Source of the DNA: Mytilus edulis
Taxonomy: Eukaryota
Reading direction: 5' to 3'
Assembly: GCF_963676685.1 (NCBI RefSeq)
Contig: NC_092357.1
Coordinates: 48,918,001-48,982,000 of the forward strand
DNA: 64,000 nucleotides
Within the stretch, counting starts at the first letter, position 1, and every line of letters begins with the position of its first letter. Below are positions 52,032 to 64,000 of the stretch, piece after piece. The notes under the pieces were generated by a model, which saw only the letters and a list, made by a program, of their open reading frames with translations, was not told the DNA's origin and did not search any database. A program made the position numbers and the translations under genes.

Positions 52032-54886
52032 TTAGGCAGACAAACATTCTTTTGGAAATTTAGCATTTAGTATACCTAGCATAAGCTTAATACTAAATTC
52101 TGTTTTTAAATGAAAAATAAATGCTTTGTTAATGGAAAGCTCACTAAATGTCTCGAAGACATTGATTTCATTTGACAGAAAGTACGGACGCATGTGCAAA
52201 AATCCCCCATCAACAAATCGCAGAAGAAAATTGAACATCTTTATAGTTATCTCAGATACTTCCAGTTCATCTTTTAATTGGTTCTTCATTTTTAGTTCGT
52301 CCAGCACATAAAACACGCTATTTTTTAACATATAGCTTTTAATTAATTCAGATGGTCTTGTGTGACGTGGTTTTTCATATTCGCTGTCTTCTTCCTCCAG
52401 CTTGTATTGTTTTGTTTCAATATTAATATCAGGACATACGTTCTTCAAAATTTTTGCCAAGACATAAGCTTTCCGAAAATCATCAGGTAATGACTTCATA
52501 AGGCATATCTCTGCAGGAGCAGCTGAAATGCGCAACAATCTCTTCTTTGCTTGTTCCTCTTCAGGTTCTTTAGTGTTACAGGTTCGGCTAATACAGTGGT
52601 GGTCGCGAAGAAGAATTTTGTGCACTTTTGTTTGCAGCGTCAGGAAACAGCCAGCTGCTTTGATGTCTGGACTAACGAGAGGTATTTTGTAAATATCAGT
52701 ATTTATTGGCCACCAACCTCTTTTGTAAACTGCAGGAACAAGATCTATACTGATTCTCATTTGCTTATAAACAGAACCCAGCCAATATACATCAAAAGTA
52801 AACACGGGTTTGGCGTAAAGTTTCACCATGCTATTTTCAACATTATAGTAGAAATTTCCCTCCTTCCATTGATGAGATTCATTCAGTGCTCTTTCCAAAT
52901 AATCGTAGAATAACCTCAGAAACAAAATAGGCAAGAACTAGCCGTCAGCATCAGTAAATGGTAGATACTCGTCAAAAACTTGTGTAGTTTTAAATTTGAG
53001 AGAAGCGAATCCAGATTTCAAAAGATTGTCTGTCATTACAATGTCAGTTATATCATTTAATCGAATTCATCAGGCCGGCCAATTTTTGTTTCTTCAGCCA
53101 TACTTCCAGATGGAAAAACTGACATTTCAAATCTAGAATCGTATTTTTGAATTTGTGTGCAAAGTGACGTGACAAGATTATTAACATCCAATGTGACAGA
53201 TTCTACTTCAGATGAATATTTTGGACTTCTGGTATAGAACGTATCGAGAAGGTAGTTCATGAAGTCCTTCAAATTCAAGGGTAGTTCTAGTAGTGTCTGA
53301 ATATCTTGTGGTGATTTGATACAAGACGATATTATCGTCTCCGGTAGTCCATAAAAAATTTCTTCGAACGTCTTATCTCTATGCATTGATTTTCGAAAGG
53401 ATGTGTGTTCTTCAGCCATTCTGTCTGCTGCTTCTAATAGTGCAATGCAACGAAAACTATTGTGTCTCTTTGCTGTGTCCAGAGGTCTCTCTTGGAGATT
53501 GTCGCGAGCATTCATATTTGCACCAAATAATAACAATATCTCTATTTGTTCCTCATAATTATGATATGCTGCAAAATGCAGTGGCGTAGATCCATACATG
53601 TCAGTGGTATTCAAATTAACTGTCCCCTTTACAAGGAAAGTCCTGAATAAATCTGGCATAGGTCTATATTTCATGATAGAAATCAACGCACTTCGTTCCC
53701 ATTTATCGTAAATTTTGCAATCTGCATTGAACTCACAAAAAATATTGAAAATATGCTCACTTAACGTCAGGGATAAAACAGATTCCCCGTACATGTTTTG
53801 TGCGTTTATGTCAGCACCAATTTCCAGGAGATATTCCAATACATCGCCATACACATATCCATGTGAAACACCACAAATTTGATGCAATACTGTGTTTCCA
53901 AATGTATCATTGACTTCAGGAGACACACCATAGATAAGAATTGTTTTAAGATTTTTGGCTGATGTAGTGTAACCTTTTCCGCCTATCATTATATTCCAAA
54001 GTGTTTTTCCAAAAACATCTCTGCTGGATAACAATGCCCTTAAACTAGATTGATCATATTTTGCAATGCATTCAAACAATTCGAAAATATCTTCTAATAG
54101 TTCGTGGGTAACATAAACATGCAAAAAGTTTTCATTCTTTATGTTAATCAAATTCAAATTTGTTTCCGGAAAATTTGAAATAAAAAAACTTCAATAATGG
54201 CGTGTTTTCCTCCCTCGTAGCAATGAGATGAAGGATACCGTCTCCAAATGTAGTCTGATTGTTAACATCGATTCCGGCATTGATGAGAGCTTGCAAAGAC
54301 TTTCTTAGATCGATACTAAATGTTTTTTTCATATGACCGTATACACGAAGTGGCATTTTGAATATGTCAGCGTCATCGTCATCATCACCTGGAAGGCAAA
54401 TACTCATTACAGGCAAATTGTCATCTGAATTGTTACTTTCGCCATCATTTGCCGCAATGAGACTCTGAAGGGCATTGTATCCGTTTATATCTTTGCTATT
54501 GACATCAATACCAGACGACTTTTTTGTTTGACCCCACTTATTACGGGCGTTGACGTCGACGCCCTTTGTCAATAACTTCTCAATGTCAATTTTCCCGTCA
54601 TGTTTTTCATTTTTGGCTGCTAAATGTAGAGGTGTTTCACCTTTTGTGTTTACTTTGTTGTATTTGCGAAATTCACTTTTTGTTGCCATTTCTCAATTAA
54701 GAAACCTCTCAAAAAGGTATTATTTTCAGCAGTTGAAAAGCCCACAGTAATGTTTCACTTCCGATCTCAATTATCTATTCCCTATATTGCATACTAGCAG
54801 TTGGCTTCATAATTTGAACTAGATTTACAAGTTGAGCAATTGCATCAATCATTGGCAGACAGAATAGAATGTCTTGCTCACAATAT
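52032..54886 (-). pseudogene. Ankyrin-repeat + cGAS-like (Mab21/cGLR) nucleotidyltransferase gene, disrupted
   Basis: Ankyrin GETPLHLAA, GNTVLH, GSTPLHFAA; NTase SGSMAEETKIGRPDEFD, ISIDLVPA; Mab21 SYMLKN; frameshifts near 54180 and 53058, TAG near 52938. Confidence 0.88.
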
Positions 54887-55325
54887 CTGCAACAAAATGA
54901 TAATTATACAACATTGTTTGAATTTGTAATATTTGTAATCCTAGTTTAACCATATATAATGAGATCCTATTTTACCATATATAATGAAATCCTATTTTAC
55001 CATAAATAACGGATATACACACTAAAATATGTGCTTTGTCAATAGATTAACATTTATTGTAAATAAAAGATTTTTTGGCTGGAATTTCCGATAATATTGA
55101 TTTTATTAATGCCATGTGTGTAGAAGGCATTTCTTTGTTTAAGTATATCAACATGAGGTCAAGGACTACATCATGTTCAATGCATGAGCATCTAATTACA
55201 TTATCTGATTGGTCAGTTCTTAAAATCGGTAATTAATATCAAATTTCTACATGTGCTTGGACATGCGGTCATTCGCCTTTGTTTTGGGAGAAAGAAAAGA
55301 TCGTTTTGAATTTATCTGAAAAATT

Positions 55326-55373
<48 letters not shown>

Positions 55374-55394
55374 GAAAAAGAGAAAAGAAGAGGA

Positions 55395-55584
55395 AAGAGA
55401 CAATGCGACTTTCTGGCATCATAGGGGGTTGTGGAAGAACACCCCAGATTTATTATTAAAAGATAAAGTTCATCTTAATGATGAAGGTATGGAAATATAC
55501 GCTAGAAGTGTCCGTGCTGCTGTTGGTAGCCTTTCACGAACATGTAATGTCGAGCAAACATGCGTTGCAAATTACCGTTTATGA
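55395..55584 (+). pseudogene. C-terminal fragment of SGNH hydrolase-like ORF inside Ngaro
   Basis: FWHHRGLW..LLLKDKVHLNDEGMEIYARSVR (DxxH block V); preceded by poly(A). Confidence 0.65.
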
Positions 55585-56292
55585 TTGTTATAAACTTATT
55601 GTCCCTATTTGGACATATGAAGAAAAGAAGCATACACTACAATTATGTAGTTATCTATGAATTATTTGCATATTATTACTCCATCACCTTTTGTAACGAT
55701 TTATAATCTAAATTATCTCTGAGTGGTTGTGCTTAGTATGCACGTGGTTGTGCTGCTTATATGCACATGGTTGTGCTTATACGCACATGGTTGTGACACT
55801 GGTGACATGAAAGATGTCTTATTTGTAAATAATTATGGTTGGTTACATCATTTATATCAGAGTTATATAATATAATATGTCTCTTTTTATATTTAAATAT
55901 TGATTATCCATAATCATGGTTTATATACTTTTATTTTAGTATATTATTAGGTTAATTATTTAATCAGAGAATAAATCATGTCTTTCCCTATAATGGTTGT
56001 GTCACAATAGGGATCGATTTTGGTACTATTAAAGAATTTTATTCATATTGGTTGGTTTTATAAAATTGGTTTTGGAGTAATAATTAGCATACATGTATCA
56101 TAGTCAAACTTAACTTTTAACATGAGTACATTTTGCTAGATATATCATCATATCAACTATGTTAATTTTATTGACAAGCATTTTGGTTTAAAAATTATAC
56201 TTATTTACATTTGTAGTAACATTCTTAAAGTTCTGTGATATACAGGATTTCTATTTTTATTTTTGTTTTTTGTTTTATGTTTTTATAGCAAA

Positions 56293-57441
56293 ATGCCAAA
56301 GCAGAAGAGCCGAACAAGAAGAAAGGCTGCTCCTCAAAGCATCGAAGAAGATGTTCCAAATTTAGTGGAGGAACAAAGTGAGATACCACCACTATACAGG
56401 CCACCAGTGCGGAGACGCAAGACCAGACGAGCTGTTCCTGAAACAATTACTGAACAGCCGTCTGTTCCAACAGCAAATGACATTGCTGATGCTTTATTCC
56501 GAAAGTTTGAAAGTTCCGGCGTGCAACTGGTAAAAGACAATACAGCAGTTCCAATTAATGACTTAACTGGTATGTTGTCGTCATCATCCACACAACCAGA
56601 AAATTCATCAAATAATGACTCTCAGGGACAAATGTTAGCTGTCTTCCAACCGCCATTGTCTTCAGATCCTAATATTAACACGTCTTCTGATGGTGAGCTG
56701 TTAAACTCTAACTCGTATGCCGAGAATCCTTATGCTTGTGACATGTTGAGACATTCTATACCTTTAGACTATCATGTCAGCAGTAAGGTTAAATCTGATG
56801 TTTGGTGTGATAATTATGTAAATTTTGCTTTATTATTACCTTCTAACATTGATGATACATGTAATGAATCAACATTATTTGAGAATTTGAATATAACAAT
56901 TTCAAATAGGAAGTCTAACAAAGAGCTTTTGTCCATTCACCAATGGACAAATGCTTTTGACATATTTATGTCTATATATCTTGAAAAGAATTTGAGGTCG
57001 GCTAGAGCATTGATTAAATATGGTTTTAATGTACGGTCATTATGCAAGTCCTTGGGTTTCCAAGCCGCTAAAGTATATGATGAGAAATTTAGAAAGATAA
57101 GAAAAATTTTAGGGTTACAATGGGATCAAATCAATGATGAACTTTGGCGATCTGCTGCTTTATATGAAAGACAATCTGATTTTTCAGGTCAAAATAAGAA
57201 GTCGTATGCTAAAACCTCAAACTCAGGCCCAAATTCTTTTCAAAGGAGGGCCCAGCATCAGTATCAATTCCCAAATGGCTATTGCTGGGCCTTCTGTAAA
57301 TCAGGGGAATGCACAGCAAAGTTTTGTAAACTCAAACACCAATGTGTACACTGCAGCAAGAAACACTATACCCTCACATGTCCAGAGCAAAAAGGAAAAC
57401 AGGCAAACTTTGTCAAAACTTCCAACACCAATAAAGGTTGA
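56293..57441 (+). CDS. Ngaro gag-like ORF1
   Basis: V..KVKSDVW...YVNFALLL, SIHQWTNAFDIF, YDEKFR, C-terminal CCCH/CCHC zinc finger. Confidence 0.9.
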   Translation: MPKQKSRTRRKAAPQSIEEDVPNLVEEQSEIPPLYRPPVRRRKTRRAVPETITEQPSVPTANDIADALFRKFESSGVQLVKDNTAVPINDLTGMLSSSSTQPENSSNNDSQGQMLAVFQPPLSSDPNINTSSDGELLNSNSYAENPYACDMLRHSIPLDYHVSSKVKSDVWCDNYVNFALLLPSNIDDTCNESTLFENLNITISNRKSNKELLSIHQWTNAFDIFMSIYLEKNLRSARALIKYGFNVRSLCKSLGFQAAKVYDEKFRKIRKILGLQWDQINDELWRSAALYERQSDFSGQNKKSYAKTSNSGPNSFQRRAQHQYQFPNGYCWAFCKSGECTAKFCKLKHQCVHCSKKHYTLTCPEQKGKQANFVKTSNTNKG

Positions 57442-58995
57442 AAATTTGGAACATTTTTAGTAGGTTATGAAACCCAGTTGAAAGATAAATTGATTCATGG
57501 TTTTTCTTTTGGATTTTCAATTAATTCTTGTTTTTCTACATCTCCTAATAAGAAGACTTTCCCTCCAAATCATAAAAGTGCAAGGGAAAATTATCATGTG
57601 CAATCGAAACTGAATAAAGAGATTGAAGCAGGCAGAGTTAAGGGTCCATTTACAAAGCCCCCTTTCCCTCTTTTTGTATGCTCCCCTTTGGGTTTAGTTC
57701 CAAAAAAGGAACCCAATTCTTATCGATTAATACATGATTTGTCGTATCCTAAGGGTGACTCTGTAAACTCTGGTATTTCCCCAGAATTTTCGGCAGTACA
57801 ATACCAAAACATTGAAACAGTCATAGATTTAGTCCAATCTTATGAATCAAACTGTCTAATGTCCAAAACCGATATTGAGCATGTATTTCGCTTAATTCCA
57901 ATAGCTAAAAAAGATCATCATCTGTTAGGTTTTCATTGGGACAAACAGTTTTATTATGATGTATCCCTCCCCATGGGGGCTTCGTCCTCGTGTCAGCTAT
58001 TTGAGGCTTTTTCTACAGCCCTCCACTGGATTTTAAATGCTAAATTTCAAATATATGGGGTATCACACCTGTTAGATGATTTTTTCTTTGTCGGAAAAGC
58101 TGGCTCAAATGAATGTTATAGTGCATTACAAACTTTTCTTTGTCTTGCTGATAAATTGGGGGTACCCATCAAATCAGAAAAAACACAACTCCCTACTACT
58201 TGCATTACTATCTACGGTATTGAAATTGATTCTACTCAGATGGTAGCTCGATTACCTATGGAGAAAATAGAAAAAATTTTGCAATTATTAAGTAAATACA
58301 AATGTAAACGCAGTATCTCACTCAGAGAATTGCAATCCTTATTGGGTCTTTTAAATTTTGCATGTGGAGTTACCATACCTGGGAGAGCCTTTTTACGTAG
58401 GCTTTTTGATCTGACTATAGGTCATACATCTCCTCATTATAGAATCAATCTGAATTCTGATGCAAGATTAGATCTTAAGTTATGGTACAGTTTTATTGAA
58501 AATTACAATGGTAAATCTTGTTTTTTATTCAAAGAATGGGTTTCATCAGATTTTTTAAAACTGTTTTCTGATGCTACAGGTACTTATGGTGGTTTTGCTG
58601 CAGTTTTTGGCAGCAAATGGTTTTCAGGGAAATGGCCACCGGAGTTAATTGATTTACACATTACAGTGAAAGAACTTTTCCCGATTGTGTTAGCTATTGA
58701 TATATGGGGCCCTCTATTAGCAAATCATAAAATACTGTTTTTAACAGATAATTCAGCTGTTGCTGAAATTATAAATAAGACATCATCTCGGGAAAAGAAT
58801 ATTATGAGACTGATCCGAAGATTAGTGTTAGCTGCATTAAAGTACAATATCTATTTTAGAGCCAAACATATTCCTGGGAAAACAAACGTTATTTGTGACT
58901 TGTTGTCTCGTTTTTCATTTCAGGAAGCTCATCAGATTGCTCCTTGGTTAAGTCCAACTCCTGTGGTCATTCCACCTCAATTTTTGCATCTATGA
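57400..58995 (+). CDS. Ngaro RT-RNase H ORF2
   Basis: LPTPIK, SPLGLVPKK, YRLIHDLSYP, LPMG, HLLDDF, FSDA, KELFP, TDN, DLLSR; a stop near 57460 interrupts the N-terminus. Confidence 0.9.
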
Positions 58996-59904
58996 CTGAT
59001 AAGCTTGTTAGTGCATCATTATCTGCTGCTACTCAGTCATCATATAATAGAATGCTAAGTGTGTATTCAAATTTTTGTCAGAAATATTTTCCAGGAGTTA
59101 ATGTACTTCCATCTACTCATGTCATGGTTGCTCATTTTATTTCACATTTATTTATTCAAAATTATCAAAACATCTACAATTGCGTCTTACATATCAGCCA
59201 TCAGTTTTATGCATAAAATTAAGTTCTTACAGGATCCAACAGACACATTTTTTATTAAAAAAATGTTAAAAGGTACAAAACAGTTGAGACATTCTGTTGA
59301 TACACGGCTGCCAACAACCTATGACATTCTTGTAAAATTGGTTAAGGCTTTACCAAAAGTAATAGTAGGCATTTATAATCAAGTTTTGTTAAAAGTTATG
59401 ATGTCTACGGCTTATTTTTGTTTCTTAAGGATTGGAGAAATTGCAGTTAAAACTGAGTCTGAAATCTATAGAGTAATTCAAAGGGAAGATATAAAGTTTG
59501 AAAGAGTAAATGGTCATGTGAGCAATATGACAATTACTATGAAGTTCTACAAACATAGTAATCTACAGAGTAAGACATTATCAATAGCTAGACGTCCTGA
59601 AAATTATTTATGTCCTGTTAAAGCTATTGAGGAATATCTAAGGTTACAAAATTGTCCACATGGTCCTTTATTTCGATTTAAATGTGGAAAACCTGTTTCG
59701 GGTTTTTATTTCAATTCTTCACTAAAAAGTTTGCTTAATTTCGTAGGATTAGACACTAATTTTTATAAAGGCCACAGTTTCCGAATTGGAGCTGCGACAT
59801 CTGCAGCTGCCAGAGGTGTGCCGTTAGCCTTGATCCAAAGCATGGGTAGATGGAAGTCGAACGCTTTTCAACATTATATTCGACTTGATAATTTTCACAC
59901 TTAG
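58992..59904 (+). CDS. Ngaro tyrosine recombinase ORF3 (one frameshift near 59165)
   Basis: FLRIGE, CPV, GHSFRIGAAT, GRWKS, HYIR all present. Confidence 0.9.
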
Positions 59905-61359
59905 ATTTAATATAATCTCAGTCGCTTATTAAGTACTTTGGTAGAGGTCAACATGGCTTGCTTTACCTTATTGTGATTTTTTGTATTTACTTTTAGAGAG
60001 GTCAACATGGTTTGCTCTGCAAATTTAAGTTTTTTTATTTCAGTCATTTACTATATGTAATGGTATTTATTGGGTTGGTAGAGGTCAACATGGCTTGCTT
60101 TACCTTTCCTTACAAGTTTAATTATCAATGATGATTTTGTATACTTATATATCATTTCTTTTTTGTTTTGTTTTGTTTATAATATGTGTTATTATTTTTG
60201 TAGAGGTCAACATGGTTTGCTCTACACTTTTACTGAAATGCTAAAGTTAAAAAGAGTATATTTTATTCAATTGTGGGTGTTTTTTATTGAGGTCAACATG
60301 GCTTGCTCAATTTTCTAATTCTGGAGTTTCTAAGTTGAATACAGAGTCCTCGGTTGGGGATCCCTCTTGGGATTTGTGGCACTTTTTCAACCCCACCTTT
60401 GCTTATTAAAGTCATTGTCATTTATGCAGTACTATTATAATTGTTAAGATGTAAGTTGCATTTTAAATTAATTTCTGAATAAATGACATTTTACTCAACT
60501 TGTATTTTATTAACAGCAAACATAGCTCAGACTCTTTGATCTTGGTCATTTATACAAGGTTTTCTCGTTGTTATCTGTGTCAAGGAACATTAGCTGACAA
60601 AATAACATTTATTGTAAATAAAAGATTTTTTGGCTGGAATTTCCGATAATATTGATTTTATTAATGCCATGTGTGTAGAAGGCATTTCTTTGTTTAAGTA
60701 TATCAACATGAGGTCAAGGACTACATCATGTTCAATGCATGATCATCTAATTACATTATCTGATTGGTCAGTTCTTAAAATCGGTAATTAATATCAAATT
60801 TCTACATGTGCTTGGACATGCGGTCATTCGCCTTTGTTTTGGGAGAAAGAAAAGATCGTTTTGAATTTATCTGAAAACCCTCCCATTTCCCTCCCTTTTA
60901 AGTGTTATTATATAGGACATTTATTTTTTTCTTTAAACATGAATTGATTACAATATTCATGTATACTTGTTTATATAATTTGTATATACATATGTTGGTG
61001 AGTTAATTTTTCAACTCACTTTTATTTTTGTCATTTTTATGATGTTTATTTTGTTACGGTGTGGCACTTTTTCAACCCCACCTTTGCTTATTAAAGTCAT
61101 TGTCATTTATGCAGTACTATTATAATTGTTAAGATGTAAGTTGCATTTTAAATTAATTTCTGAATAAATGACATTTTACTCAACTTGTATTTTATTAACA
61201 GCAAACATAGCTCAGACTCTTTGATCTTGGTCATTTATACAAGGTTTTCTCGTTGTGATCTGTGTTTAGGAACATTAGCTGACAAAATGACATTTTTGTG
61301 ACCGAACTGATATCTGCTAAGCATTAGATCGTATTGTGGTCAATGTTCAGATTTCCTGA

Positions 61360-61900
61360 TAAAAAAACTTTGAATTTTTCGAAAAACAAAGGATTTTCTT
61401 GTCCCAGGAATAGATTACCTTAGCCGTATTTGGCACAACTTTCTGTACTTATGGGTCCTCAATTCTCTTCAACTTTGTACTTGTTTGGCTTAATAACTCT
61501 TTTGATCTGAGCGTCACTAATGAGTTTTATGAAGACGAAACGCGCTTCTGACGTATTAAATTATAATGCCACTGCTAGTGGACGTTTGTCCCAGAGGGTA
61601 TCACCAGCCTAGTAGTCAATACTTTGGTGTTGACATGAAAATCAATTATATGGTCATTTGTATAAATTTCCTGTTACAAAACTTTGAATTTTTCGAAAAC
61701 TAAGGATTTTCTTGTCCCAGAAATAGATTACCTTAGCCGTATTTGGCACAACTTTTTGGAATTTTGGATCCTCTATGCTCTTCAACTTTGTATTGTTTGG
61801 CTTTATAATTATTTTGATATGAGCGTCACTAATGAGTCTTATGCAGACGAAACGCGCGTCTGGCGTACTAAATTTTAATCCTGGTACTTTAGATAACTAT
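61360..61900 (+). mobile_element. Retrozyme tandem (about 1.7 units) with two mutated hammerheads
   Basis: CTAATGAG instead of CTGATGAG at 61517 and 61829; unit homologous to 48737-49345. Confidence 0.88.
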
Positions 61901-62044
61901 TTAGAGTGGGTTTTTTAGATATTATTTTCATTTCTGCGTCATAGTTTTTAACAGATGGATAAAATATCAACAACATAACCGGACTCTGATGGCAATGGTT
62001 TTGAATAGGTTTCTCTTAAATAACTGAACTGCGAAGTAATTTAA

Positions 62045-62205
62045 GAAATAATTGATGGCAGCTATACTTTATTGTATTTTTAACATGGGTAGGCATTATA
62101 TTCGTGATTATTTTTGCCAGAGCGATAGCGAGGGCTAAAATAACACGAATATAATGCCTACCCATGTTAAAAATACAATAAAGTATAGCTGCCATCAATT
62201 ATTTC
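62045..62205. repeat. Long hairpin (about 70-bp arms) at probable Crypton terminus
   Basis: GAAATAATTGATGGCAGCTATAC... inverted around GCCAGAGCGATAGCGAGGGC. Confidence 0.85.
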
Positions 62206-62501
62206 GATTCTGATTAGGACAATTACGGTAATTTCTATGTTCGCTGTGTATAAGGTTACAGTATTTGTGTAGGCTCTTCCATCAACCTCCCTGTTGATTT
62301 TTATTCAACTAGTTCAAACCAGTCTAATTTCGCAAAGTTGTAATATTTTTAAAATTCTAAATTAAAACAGAAATTAACAAATTTATTAACTAAAACAATG
62401 TTTGTGTCACAAAATAACAGAAAAGTTATAAATCAACGTCTTTTCTTTTGGCTTTGAGGTCAATTTCAGCTGACACGCACCTTTCAGGCCGCATTTTTCA
62501 G

Positions 62502-63656
62502 TCAGTTGAACTTGTCAATGGTGGTGGACGTACCAGGAGAATCGGGTAAGTCTTTATTAACTAAATTTATCGTAAATGTTCCCCGGGTTATTGTAGCGTT
62601 TGTAAAAATGCTCATGTCTGACAGAAGATTCCTGGATAAGGTTGTACATGTACTGACATTTGAGACTTGGCAGGAGGGGCCCTTTGACACATATTCATTA
62701 CTGTTAATTGCGGTAGCTACACCCTGTAGAGTTGATGAGAGTGCACGCCTTTGTGCATCTGACGGTCCAGCAACGTAACTTTCTAACGATTTAATGTTTC
62801 TATGACCCGTAACTGACATGATAGTTAAATCATCGACCCCGGCGCGTTTCAGCCCAGTACCAACGGTAGCTTTTATACAATGGTTGGTGTATCTGTAGGA
62901 AAGGCCTGCTTCATTTGAAATCCTTGGCATCATTTGACTCAATTTGTTTTTTCCCATGGCTTGATTAGCATACCAGCAATTAGGTTTTGGATAAAGCAAT
63001 GGCTGTTGAAACAGCGCATTACATTTAGGACTCAATTTAGATACATAAAAATCAAAACTTGCCACTGGACAGTTTTCATCTCCTGATTTTTCATACATAC
63101 GCACCTCTTGACGGTTTTCATGGGAATCAACGCTATGGTGAGTTTTATTTGCCTCATTGTATGTCATTTTATAATATGTATGGTCCCTGTCATCTTTGAA
63201 TTTACCAAAAGATGACTTTGTCAAACTATTTAACCCTTCCTGGCCTCGTCTTCCAAAATTCAACATTAAGTCCCAGAATACTTTCTTTTGTAGTGTTGCT
63301 GGTGAATCTGTGTTGAAAACCCCACTTGAATATAAACGCTGTATGTCTCCTTGAGCTACAGGTTTTTTGTGTACCGTAACATCTTTGCCGGCTCTCTTTA
63401 GGGTTTTTTATCATTCCCGTTATAACATGATTTGATGTCATGAAGGCATTATCTTTCATTAAATTAACATTACGGTTGTATGGTGGAGATGTGAGATGAC
63501 GGGATATTGCTGCAAGTATTCCAACTAATGCTGATTTAGAGTAATCTGTCCCTTTTTTTGTTTGCAGGCTTGGATAGAAAAAGCATAATCTGTCGTTTAA
63601 TATGGAGCTTTCAAGTTTCTCAAACTTGTCACTGTATTGGTTCTCTGTCAACCATC
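62502..63656 (-). mobile_element. Crypton tyrosine recombinase (DUF3504/ZMYM-KCTD1-like) coding exon, one frameshift
   Basis: FGRRGQEG, CPVASF, WY..Q.MGKN, YTNHCIKAT, TGHRNIKSLESY; acceptor at 63657; frameshift near 63408. Confidence 0.88.
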
Positions 63657-64000
63657 CTGAAATTTAAATTAATATTTTATCAAGTTTAAATAATATTCAC
63701 TTTTATAATAAATGCAAATTTGGAAATGTATATATGTCACAATATGATGTTTTAAGGCCTTTATTCTTTATTTTATTGGTTGAATGATTTGTAAATAGTC
63801 TTGTTGCGACTCACAGTTCATAATACATGTCATGTACGTCACATGAAATGCATACATTTTTTGCTGATAAATTTTGTTTTTCTAATGATGATTAAAATTC
63901 AAACTGAGTGACAATCTTGTTGCATTTGTAAATGGATTGGAAACCTTGGTGGTATATTGGTAATTACGCCTATTTTTTTTATAGGAGAATGGGTTTCGAT

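Larger units (their letters stand above)
55048..61288 (+). mobile_element. Ngaro-type tyrosine-recombinase retrotransposon, near full length, young
   Basis: A1 55048-55322 and A2 60603-60877 are nearly identical; B1 60375-60603 matches B2 61060-61288; overlapping gag, RT/RH and YR ORFs with no methyltransferase. Confidence 0.93.

Noticed and set aside
55279-55394. Poly-lysine protein N-terminus
   Set aside because: Translation of a poly(A) tract and terminal repeat
59940-60312. CRISPR-like repeat/spacer array or iron-responsive elements
   Set aside because: Eukaryotic retrotransposon UTR, irregular low-complexity spacers, no cas genes; loop is CATGGY rather than CAGTGH and the bulge differs

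Overview
AT-rich eukaryotic genomic DNA with introns, most likely a bivalve mollusc (Mytilus-like; inferred from the repeat families). The window is dominated by nested mobile elements: a 5'-truncated but otherwise intact Naiad-type Penelope-like retroelement (2012-5229), two tyrosine-recombinase retrotransposons (PAT-like 1652-10935 on -, Ngaro 55048-61288 on +), a Crypton, a 7-kb hAT-like transposon, MITEs, hammerhead retrozymes and a 2.33-kb tandem duplication. Host genes are mostly immune-type: an intact two-exon HEPN-STAND NTPase-helical repeat gene, a decayed ankyrin-cGAS-like (Mab21) gene, a TRIM-like fragment, plus a retrozyme-disrupted GPCR. The most striking system is the Naiad RNA. 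Its ORF has an in-frame UGA where a sister element in the window has Cys, and its 3' UTR carries in order a SECIS element, a circularly permuted (P5-type) twister-ribozyme-like fold whose P1 stem is replaced by a palindrome, and a third covarying structure. Related twister-like modules recur about ten times in the window with compensatory changes. All structure calls were made by eye and none has been tested computationally.
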